DNA of 64,000 nucleotides from Eledone cirrhosa (taxonomy: Eukaryota). The DNA lies in contig OZ024747.1 in the NCBI GenBank assembly GCA_964016885.1, positions 48,608,001 to 48,672,000 of the forward strand. Direction: 5' to 3'. Numbering within the stretch: the first letter of the stretch is position 1; each line of letters starts with the position of its first letter. The notes under the pieces were generated by a model. It searched no databases. It was given only the letters and a program-made list of their open reading frames with translations, and was not told the origin of the DNA. The translations under genes and the position numbers were made by a program. Below are positions 53,404 to 64,000 of this stretch, piece by piece.

Positions 53404-53525
53404 CGAAGGAAATGTGGTAAGGAACCAGGTGGACCATAACGCACCAAAGTACTCAATACTTAGGGTAGTAGAGTGGGTAATAGGAACAAGTAAGACCCCG
53501 ACGGCTGAGCTCAAGCCGTTTCGAC
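53402..53525 (-). mobile_element. Family C fragment nested in Helitron H2
   Basis: Reverse complement of about 19849-19972; TA-flanked. Confidence 0.75.
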
Positions 53526-53665
53526 TAATATATATATATATATATATAGTGTGTAACGTTTTTCGAATTATTTACTTCTGCGTTCACAGATTGATTTTTT
53601 TTTAGTTTCAGAAGATCCCGTTAAGGATGAAAGCAGCGATTCTTTGCTTAAATTTTAATCTGTTA

Positions 53666-53779
<114 letters not shown>

Positions 53780-53939
53780 TATATTCGTGTACAGATATTT
53801 TTGCATACACAATAACAAAATATAAACAAAAGTATTTATTTCACGAGGCTCGATAAGGATAAATATACATCAAATGTATAAGATCCCTAGAGCAAATCCC
53901 GAGCAACGCCAGGCAATTCTGCTAATATATATATATATT

Positions 53940-54228
53940 TATTAAAATAACAGATTAAAGAATCGCTGCTTTCACCCTTAACGGGATCTTCTGAAACTAA
54001 AAAAAATCAATCTGTAAACGCAGAAGTAAATATTTGGAAAAACGTTGCAACCGAAGAAAACAGGAAGACGATACTTAAATATGTCTTCCTGACTTATATT
54101 CAACATGCAGAAACAACACCTGAATATTTCTACAAAGAACATACCCGTACCTAGCAGGAAGACATATTTAAGTATCGTCTTCCTATTTTCCTTCGGTTGC
54201 AACGTTTTTCGAAATATTTACTTCTGCG
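53940..54228. mobile_element. Family I element with fold-back 54019-54228
   Basis: Minus-strand family I core at about 53960-53999, then arms of about 72 bp with a spacer of about 63 nt. Confidence 0.72.
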
Positions 54229-54485
54229 AAATATTTAAATATGCTATTTTCTAAAATATACAGTGACAGATCGGCCTGCTTTTCATATTAGCAGACTGGT
54301 TGATCAGTCAGATCTGCATATTAGCTGATCCACTGATCAGCCAGATTTGTATATCAGCAGACTGGCCAGTCAGTCTCCTGTATACGAGCGATCAATGGCC
54401 GGCTTTGCCACATTCAAATAAAAACAATTTTTTCGCTCTACATGGCTGAATACAATAAATGTAATCTGAGTTTTTCGAATATAAA

Positions 54486-54652
54486 TAATTGTTTCTACTT
54501 TTGGCACACGTCCAGACTCAGTGCATTACTGGTACTTCATTTTATCGACCCCGTAAGGATGAAAGGCAAAGTTAATCTCGGCGGGATTTGAACTCAAATC
54601 ATACAGGGAGGTAACTCTATGCTTCAAAGCATGGCGTCCGACCTTCTACCGA
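54486..54652 (-). mobile_element. SINE family S1
   Basis: Reverse complement of 16370-16543. Confidence 0.85.
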
Positions 54653-54763
54653 TAAATAATACTATTCAATTCGTTTGAAATTATGCAAACAAGCCTCATT
54701 TTTAAAGCCATGTCAGTGTAATGAACCCCTCATTCTTGCTCTTATGTTTGCATGTAAACAGAA

Positions 54764-54807
54764 CTGCAGACACTAATGTTTCTGGGCATCACCCTTCATC
54801 AGTACAG
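54764..54807 (-). ncRNA. Type I hammerhead ribozyme (family K) within inverted repeats 54663-54864
   Basis: Minus strand reads CTGTA-CTGATGA-AGGG-TGATG-CCCA-GAAA-CA-TTAG-TG-TC-TGCAG; GUC site. Confidence 0.72.
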
Positions 54808-56197
54808 CTCACTGTTCACCTGCCAACAGTCAGAGCTAGTGCATAATTGCAAACGAATTGAATATTATTATTAATATTCGAAAAACTATATAAATATATA
54901 GTGCCTCTGTGCGTATGTTAAAGGCGCAGCCAGTAGTATGTTGTTGGCGTTTAGAATGCTGCTCTATATAGAATTAATTTTCTCGTTCGGTCGTACTTCA
55001 GTTAAATATATGACATTGCCAATACTTCAGAAACAACACATGGTTTTAATGGGCGGTTTCTCGGTATCAAAATCATATTGTTGTTTCTTTTTCTTAGAAT
55101 TTTTTTATCTAAGTAGATAGAAATTTTATCACACGACGTGCGGTTCATTCCTCGACCACAGTAGCACATTGAGCAAATGTTTTACCACAGCTTCCAGTTG
55201 AACAAACCTTTGTGCACGAAATTTGATAGCTGGAAATTGAATGTTCGCAGGATGGATTGTACGTTTTCTTAGGAAGTAGATGTAATCCAGCATCCGCTTT
55301 AAAAGCCGTCAACCCCTTCGTTGACATTAGCGGAGTATTCACAGAATGAAAATCACTTGATATCAAAGCAAATCGTGCTTTTGCCAATAGTTCGGATGAC
55401 TAGCCCATAATACTAATTTAAGAAAATGGAAAACATTGAAGAAACCGAAATTTCGAGTTATATTTGTTTGACGACTTCATTTATAACTGTTGAAAGTGAA
55501 ATAATTACGCCATGGAAACCATTAAAGAAGAAAAAAAAAAACAGAAAAAATCTGCTATAATCACTTTTTATCGAATTTGTTAGTTGTCAAAATTGTCGTT
55601 ACACCACTGAGGCGTGTGTGTGTGTTTTAAACATCTCAAATAGCTTTTCTATGTTGTAATTACTATTGATGAAAACCGAATACTTATAATGAATACTGTA
55701 GATTAGGCTGATTTTTCTAGCAGTTGAAACTAACCTCGTCGAAAGTCCGTCCTTGGATCGAAATATTAGTGTTTTCTCTGTATTGTCAGAAGGCCAAACG
55801 TTCATAAGAGTGCGTGGGCGGTTTAAACATAGTAAATTCAGTTCAAAATAAACGCCGTGTTATGAATGAATTATATCCAAAGCTTTCTCCGGAATAATTT
55901 GATCCTAAATGTAAGCAATAGAATAATGAACGCCATTTTACTTAGCTTCTTATCCATTAAGATATATCAAATTTATTGGCCTTTGAAAATAATAGTGGTT
56001 CCATCTAGGATATATTATGGTAATGGAGGGTGTGTGGGAATACGTGACGTTTGTGTCTCTTTAGAGCATTAATGATATAAGTAAACTAATAAACACCTAT
56101 CTATCTATCTGTCTATCTATCTATTTTCCTATCTATGTATGTGCTTATATATCTTTGATAGGTATTGGCCCAGGCAATGTTTAGCTTAACAGCACCA

Positions 56198-56232
<35 letters not shown>

Positions 56233-56671
56233 GTTTAAATTTAGTGGTTTACCACTGGGTAGAATTGGTCTTTCTACAATGGTAATCATGACGTAATATT
56301 AGAAAAGTACTCGACGTTACGCAACTCATACATCTTCAATGTCGAATCATGTTGATGGTGTGGGAACGGAGTAATTGTATTATAAAGTGAAATGACAGGA
56401 GGCAAAAAATGTTGAATTCCTTAATTTTTTATTACTGTAAACACCATGCACATTTCAGTGGCCAGGTTGCGTAAGAACCCGGTGACCTCATCAGGTGTAA
56501 ATTGCGTAATATATGTATACCAACGGAATGCTGGAAAGTCTTAAGGAAACAAGCAAAGAAAAACAAAGGAAAAAGTGTGTGCTGTGCTTTTGACACAGAG
56601 ACGGACGATGTAGCTTGTTGCTACCTTGCTTGCCCGCCTCTGAGTGTCATTTCACTTTATAATATACATAA

Positions 56672-56758
<87 letters not shown>

Positions 56759-57283
56759 AGTATGTATGCATACGTACATACATATATGTATACAGACATA
56801 CAGTAGTATGTATATATATACATACATGTACACATATATATATATATATATATGTACGTATCCGTTTACCGAATATTTATTATAATGTTCGGTTTGTTTG
56901 TAAACAAACAACCCGAATTAAGCCGTACAGTGTTTAGCAACAATCGTTGCCCTTTTGTTCAACACTGACAAAGGAACGATGTACTAGTTTCAAGCTTATT
57001 AGCTATCGTCAGCATCGTATACCTTCCTGCCAGATGATTAAACGTCTGAAAGTATATACTTTCCTTATGCATATTAACGGCTGAGCAGCCTAATTTGCAT
57101 ATCGAGTGAGTTTAGTCGGCCGGGCGCACCGAAAACGATAAATGGAAAAAATGAAACGAAATTTCATTTCTCACTCTTAGTACGGCTGATACTTAAATGT
57201 AAGTATGTATGCATACGTACATATATATATGTATACAGACATACAGTAGTATGTATATATATACATACATGTATACATATACG

Positions 57284-57391
<108 letters not shown>

Positions 57392-57404
57392 TGTGCTATA
57401 TACT

Positions 57405-58445
57405 GATAGTGGACCTGGTATGACTGCTCTACACCAATACCAGAGCCCAAGTCATTACACCTGACGGAATGACGGAGTTCTTTGAGATAATGGCTGGGGT
57501 GCTCCTGGGAGATACATTGGCTTCCTACCTTTCTATCATCGCAGTGGATTTGATATGCGCCTTGCACTGGAGAAACGGCAGGACTCTGGCTTTACTGTAA
57601 CACTGGCCGAGAGTTAAGGCTAAAAGCACAGGCTGAGAGTTAAGGCCAAAAAGATATCAGATACTGAATTTGCTGACGACATAGTTCTAGTGACAAACAC
57701 AGTGAAGGAGGCAGAGGAGTTGATGCAGGAGGTGGAGAATATGTTGAGAATATGTGTGTGGGGCTGAGAATGAATGAGTTTAAGATGAAGTTTCTGGTAG
57801 AGAACATTAAGAAGCCAGAGAAGATTATCAACGTAGGCAGGAAGCCGCTAGAATTGGTTGAGGACTTCCTGTATCTGGGAGCGAAGATTGGGAATACAGA
57901 AGATGATGTGGTTGAGAGGACGAGCAGAGCCTGGGCGGCGTGCCACAGTTTGAGATCAGTGTGGAAGTCGGACCTGCGTAAAGACCTGAAGATCCGTCTC
58001 TTCGTTGCTACAGTGGAGTCTGTGCTACTGTACGGGTCTGAGACTTGGCCAGTAACCAAGAAACTCACTCAGATGATGGATAGGTGATGCACGAGAATGG
58101 CGAGGATGGCTCTGAACATTAATCAGTATACACTGAGGATGAAAACCTCAGAGTTGTACGGGAGCCTCCCAAATGTCAGCTCGAAAGTAACACAGAGGAG
58201 ACTGAGGTTAGTTGGACATGCTCACCAACATTCATAGTTGACACTGCACTCAGTGGTCCTGTGGTAGACCCTATATGGACACACTTGAAGAGGGAGAACG
58301 AGTTTGACATATTAATGCCTTAAGGACAGACACTGGTCACTGGGAGACGCAGGACATGGCAGTGATGATGAAGGACAGAGACCGCTGGAGAGAACTGTTC
58401 CACGGATCTCGGGAATTTTACTCGTCCTAGATAAATAGATAGATG
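57405..58445 (+). mobile_element. RTE-clade LINE 3' fragment
   Basis: Homologous to 50434-51440; EFADDI; (TAGA)n tail. Confidence 0.92.
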
Positions 58446-58658
58446 CAGCAAAATATCGGTGGATGTGAATTATGAAAAAGGAAAACGTATACATATATAT
58501 ATATATATACTTAGACAATATTTCTGCACCGTCGACTTTTTCCTATTATTTGTTACATATATTTAAAAAATACGGATATTGTATATAAAAATTATATATA
58601 TATATATATATTTATATAGAGAAATTACATGAATCAAAGTTCTGTTTAAATCATTTAT

Positions 58659-58707
58659 TTGCTTACAATTGTTTCTTCCAAACCGAGGTTTAGAGTCTTC
58701 GGAGCAA
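58659..58707 (-). ncRNA. Degenerate hammerhead (family M, core CCGAAGA)
   Basis: Minus strand reads TTGCT-CCGAAGA-C-TCTAAACC-TC-GGTTTGGA-A-GAAA-CAATTG-TA-AGCAA. Confidence 0.55.
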
Positions 58708-59510
58708 TTATTCAGTGATTTTTTTACATACTTGACCTCCTTTTCAACACAAGAGACATATAGAAACATATGTATATATTGACCACAGTGGGTTGACATC
58801 CATTATAATAATATAGCATGGCAATTTACATACAAAGATTACAGTCATATTAAAGGACAAAAGTTAAAATTAAAATTAAAATTAAAATTAAAATAAAACA
58901 TTGGCAGTTTACGAAGATAAAGCACGAGGATAGTTTGGAGTAGCCAGTGTATGCAACAGTCAGACGTGAGGCATGCACGCGTGTCCTATTTATACAAGAT
59001 TATAGTGCGGCAGATTGTTACATGTCAAAGCAGGCAATCAAGAGCATCATGGGGGCTGTACTGGTAAAGCATTTTTCACACACACCTGTACGATATAGAA
59101 GCCCGTGTGTAGAGAAACACCAAAAATATCAAAAATATTACAAATGAGAAGCAAAACAGCACCACTGTCCTCGCACACACCACCGCTCTCACAATCCAGG
59201 AAACGCAATTTATAGACTACATGTCCATCAGACAATGCACGATGATTCAACATTGGGTGCCTGGTGAACCATGTTAGAACATCACAGCTTGTCGTTCTCT
59301 AATTCGATTCTATAGAGCAGGTTGTTTTTGTTGTGAGAGTTGACATCGTATTATATTCCGGAAGTGTGTGTGTGATTCATAATAATACTATATTTATATA
59401 TTTATATACTATAGTTATATATTTATATATATTAATTTAAATAATTTTGAAAACCATACGATGCATTAGAAAATTAAAATTGTCAAGATAAGAATATCAT
59501 CTTACCATAG

Positions 59511-59589
<79 letters not shown>

Positions 59590-60059
59590 AAAAGGGAGTA
59601 AGGTTCTACACAAAATATGGGTTAGAGAGAGAGTGGTACATATTTAATATATTTTATATACATTATAAAACTCCCTTTTTTTAAAGGATTGTTCCTCTCA
59701 TCTTTTCAAGAATGTCACTTTGACGAATCAAAGAAGAAAAGAAAAACAGATCCTTAAATATATTTTCCGTGCTATTTCCTATTCCACCTTCTCACCCCCC
59801 CCTCTCTCTCTCTCTGAAGAATAACATGGTCGGCTATACAAAAACGGTTTTATTTACAGTATTAACAATTGTTTCATTGATCAGGTGAGTCTAAAGGCCG
59901 TTAATCACTCGAACTTGCGTCACTCGAACTTAAATACAGTGTGTGTCTGTGATCAAATCTTGTTGAATCAAAAACGTTGTACGTTAAAACTATCCATAGT
60001 ACAGAGTACTCACAACTCTAACTGGATTACCTAAAACGATAACTTGTTATCCCATATTT

Positions 60060-60195
60060 ATCAAACGTATATATTGAGTTAGAAACTCAAAATAGTCTCT
60101 TACAATTAAATATAGCTCAAGGAAAGAGATTTTTCAGAACCGTATATTATAATTGAATATAAAAGAGAGATAGATACAGATATACACATATATAC
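60060..60195 (+). repeat. Dispersed repeat homologous to 6941-7075
   Basis: Shared TATATATTGA.TTAGAAACTCAAAATAGTCTCTTACAATTAAATA. Confidence 0.75.
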
Positions 60196-60284
60196 ATAAA
60201 CTTTATTTTCTGTTTCTTTGTTTCGTTTCAGCATTTCAGTTCTAAATCTTGTGGAGATATTTCTGAATTGCATTACCTATCATC

Positions 60285-60339
60285 ATGAATAAGATTTTAT
60301 TTATTACCCTTGTGGGTTTCCTATCAGTCACAGCTCAAG
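60285..60339 (+). CDS. Host gene, first coding exon: signal peptide MNKILFITLVGFLSVTAQ
   Basis: The exon opens after a polypyrimidine TTTCAG (60231). ATG at 60285, donor G|GTAAGT in phase 1. An upstream non-coding donor CAG|GTGAGT lies at 59884. Confidence 0.72.
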
Positions 60340-60580
60340 GTAAGTGTTGATCATTACACATATTCATATCTCTTTTATCGTCTATCATCGAATGAGATTT
60401 AAGTAGAGTGGGTATTGCGTCAGTGCAGTTATATGTTGTTTATAGTAATGGGAGGAAATTATATCAAAATACACATTGAGCCTCTTAAATTCAGCAATCT
60501 TCATTAAAGGTCATTGCTCGTTCACTCAAATATATTGCAAAACAGAAATTGACCCCTTATATAAAACAGTTTCGCTAACT

Positions 60581-60669
<89 letters not shown>

Positions 60670-60687
60670 GTGGTGGAGTGGAAGAGG

Positions 60688-61200
60688 AAAGTCTGGGCGG
60701 CGTGTCACAGTTTGAGATCGGTGTGGAAGTCGGACTTTCGTAAAGACCTGAAGATCCGTCTCTTCGTCGCTACACTGGAGTCTGTGCTGTTGTAAGGGTA
60801 TGAGACTTTGACACTGACCAAGAAACTCGTTCAAATGGTGAATGGGTGCTACACGAGAATGCTTAGGATGGCTCTGAACATTAATCAGTATACACTGAGG
60901 ATGAAGAACTCAGAGCCTGTACGGGAGCCTTTCAAAAGTCAGCTCGAAAGTGACACAGAGGAGACTGTTGTTAGCTGGACATGCCCACCGATATTCAGAG
61001 CTGACACTGCACTGCACTCAGTGGTCCAGGGAGCCCCTACACAGACTTACTAAAAGAGGGAGACCGAGGTTCCCATATGTTGATGCTCTAAGGACAAACA
61101 CATGTCTGTTGGAGACGCAGGACTTGACGGCAATGATGAGGGACAGAGACCGCTGGAGAGAACTCGTCCATGAATCTCGGGAATTTTACCCGCCCTAGAT
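60688..61200 (+). mobile_element. RTE-clade LINE 3' fragment in host intron
   Basis: WAACHSLRSVWKSD...REFYPP stop. Confidence 0.9.
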
Positions 61201-61225
61201 ATATATGTTCACACACACACACATA

Positions 61226-61329
<104 letters not shown>

Positions 61330-61386
61330 TATATATATATATAGTGTGTATATATATATATGTATATATATGTATATATATGTGTG

Positions 61387-61463
<77 letters not shown>

Positions 61464-61498
61464 CTATGTATGTATATATATATTTATATGCATCTCTT

Positions 61499-61530
<32 letters not shown>

Positions 61531-61568
61531 CACACATATATATGATTACATATTCTTGTTTATTACAG

Positions 61569-61753
61569 CAGATCCAGATCCGGATTTATTCAGTGAAATT
61601 GTTGCCGATGGAGAAAGTGACGGATTAGTATCAGTCAATGCCAAAGTTCAGATAAGCACAGAGACGACGGCTAATGGAAAACGTAGGGTAATGGAAACAA
61701 TAGACTTCGGTTCCGGTGATATATATGGTAATAGTATTGCAGCAGAATTGAAC
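61569..61753 (+). CDS. Host gene, coding exon 2 (ADPDPDLFSEIVADGESDG...NGKRR..DFGSGD..AAELN)
   Basis: Acceptor TTACAG(CAG), phase-1 entry matching the previous exon, 185 nt open frame, and a GTAAGT donor in phase 0. Confidence 0.78.
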
Positions 61754-62159
61754 GTAAGTAAATCAGGAAATACATCTTGATAAACGTTATGTTTATACAA
61801 TTAAATTACATATATTTTTCATTTGTTAGTTTTTACATGCCTTTATCCATAGTTGAAACTGCTTCTGCCTTAATAGATATAGAATCAAATAATTAGATCA
61901 TTGTATGGGAGACACACAAACGTTCGAATATGGCTGACACTAAAAGAATTCTCATGTCACCTAAATACATCCTATTAAATGAATGAACACTATTATATTG
62001 TCTTGAGACTTCTTTCTCTCCTCTTTACTTCCTTCAGCCTCTCTTCTCTCTTCTACGTGGTTTCTAGCAAATTGTGTTGTAAACACATTTAATGCATTTA
62101 TTACTAATTTATCATTATTTTTAAATGATCCTCTAATATATTTTTATTTTTAATTTCAG

Positions 62160-62207
62160 TCAATAGAAAGCTGCACATCACCTTGCCAATGTCGGGCTGG
62201 CCCAATA
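62160..62207 (+). CDS. Host gene, coding exon 3 (SIESCTSPCQCRAGPI)
   Basis: Acceptor TTTCAG, 48 nt, phase 0-0, GTAAGT donor, in frame with the previous exon. Confidence 0.72.
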
Positions 62208-63113
62208 GTAAGTATTATTTATATTTGTTTCAACATCTTTTCAATTCTCTTCCATACATCTGTTAGTTTCTATCACGCTATAGAAAGAATTTGTCAATAC
62301 ATATTCTGCTGTTTAAAATGACTTTTAAACATCGTAACACATATATACAACACTTCATAACACAAATAAACCAACAATTTGCAACTGGCAATTAATATAT
62401 AAAGAGGTTTGGTATTGTTTTAATCGTTTGTACATAAGTTGGTAATTGTGTTAGTGTTGTATTACGTTTTCTACATGTTACCCATTGTTAGTGTTGGAAT
62501 CTTCATTAACTCTGTAACACGAGTTTTCATTTCCTGTAACACACGAAACCATATTGGCAAGGCATCATGAAAGCGACAAAAACATTGAAGTTAAATATTT
62601 TCACAATTATCTATCCACTATTAAATAAACATTTGAAGTAACAAACCACATGAGACAGCATTAGCAAGACAAGAAATTCTTGAAAGACAGAATTATGACT
62701 GTAAGAATTGAAGAATTGAAGACTTTATTCTAGAACTAGAGATTTTCATAACGATCTGTCCACTATGAACATCTGAAATAACAAACCAGTTTTTAAATAT
62801 GTTCGTTTTCTGCTGAAATATTACGGGATGTTAAGAGTTAACTGTCCATTCTATATATATTTCCTGTAGCATTGGCAGTTCGCAAAGTAGCCGGAAAGTA
62901 GCATTCGCAAAGTAGCCGGAAATACATACTTTAATTTCGCCAATATGCATTCTACTTTTCAATCCCAAGTTAAACGAAAAAACGTTGGAGATCTTCATGC
63001 ATTTAAAACAATGAAACAAAGAAACAGGGGCGTGGAGCCACAGGGCTATGTGGGCAACACACACCCATAACAACTCCCCACTCTGAAAGAATAATAATAG
63101 TGAGGTACGGTGG

Positions 63114-63144
<31 letters not shown>

Positions 63145-63152
63145 TACAGAGT

Positions 63153-63245
<93 letters not shown>

Positions 63246-63310
63246 ATATATCTGTATGTGGTTGAGGACTGACAGAAAGGAGTATTCAATACCGAAGTAG
63301 AGTTTTGATA

Positions 63311-63356
63311 TTGTCTGATGACCCTGTGATAAACAGACGAAACTCAAGAGTAACAA
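63311..63356 (+). ncRNA. Type I hammerhead ribozyme (family J) in presumptive host intron
   Basis: TTGT-CTGATGA-CCCTGT-GATAA-ACAGAC-GAAA-CTC-AA-GAG-TA-ACAA; GUA site after 63352; the stem II base is mismatched. Confidence 0.6.
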
Positions 63357-63784
63357 GACTCACTATTCATCGTTAATGAAAATAAATATATCTATATATC
63401 TATATCTATATCTATCTAGCGGTGTAGAAAGGCCCTATTAAAAGCTACTTAGATATTAAAATGGTATAAGCTAGGAACTACCATAAAATCCCTGATCAGT
63501 AAAACTTACCCCTTTAAGAAAACCCGGTGTAAAAATAAGAAATGTGTAATATGTAGAGTAAGTCCACAAATAAATTGTAAAACTAGAAACGTAGTGTATA
63601 GCATAAGATGTACAGAGGGTACTTGCAGGAAGATGACAACGACTTACATAGGAGAGACAGCTCGGAGCATAGGGGAGAGATAGACCAGCAGTGGGGGGAA
63701 CTAAAAGGATAAAAAGACAATTCAGTACTATATGAACATGCCAGACTAAAACATGATGGTAATTAGACAACATAGAAGTTAAAA

Positions 63785-63971
63785 TAATTGTTTCTACTTT
63801 AGGCACAAGGCCAGCAATTACCCAGTGCATTACTGGTACTTTATTTTATCGACCCCCGTAAGGAGGAAAGGCAAAGTCAACCTCGGCGGGATTTGAACTC
63901 AGATCGTAAAGGGACGTAACTATGCTGGAAAGCATGGCGTCCGACCCTCTATCGATACTGCCAATCCACCA
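63785..63971 (-). mobile_element. SINE family S1, full-length young copy
   Basis: Near-identical reverse complement of 16354-16543. Confidence 0.88.
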
Positions 63972-64000
63972 CTCAATCCTGAGCTCAAGCCGTTTCGACG

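Overview
This is AT-rich, microsatellite-saturated eukaryotic (animal) DNA. The repeat landscape resembles octopus/cephalopod genomes, which is an inference. Almost all ORFs in the supplied track are translations of simple repeats. Real content: decayed non-LTR retrotransposons (CR1-like, RTE, R4/Dong-like RLE, Tx1/L1-like), tRNA-type SINEs, a bipartite RTE-derived non-autonomous element, non-autonomous Helitrons, one full-length but decayed DD37D (maT) Tc1/mariner, and the first exons of a spliced host gene for a secreted protein (60.3-62.2 kb, +). The most striking signal is a dense set of short elements lying in or beside (TA)n tracts. Many are long fold-back palindromes (about 0.1-1 kb). 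At least ten different sequence families carry hammerhead ribozyme (HHR) cores, CTGANGA...GAAA...NUH, with pairable stems. A Penelope-like RT fragment bounded by inverted repeats is also present. Together these suggest a diverse ribozyme-bearing, hairpin-forming population of Penelope-like/retrozyme-like elements, including copies captured by a Helitron. All structures were read by eye; no folding or homology search was run.
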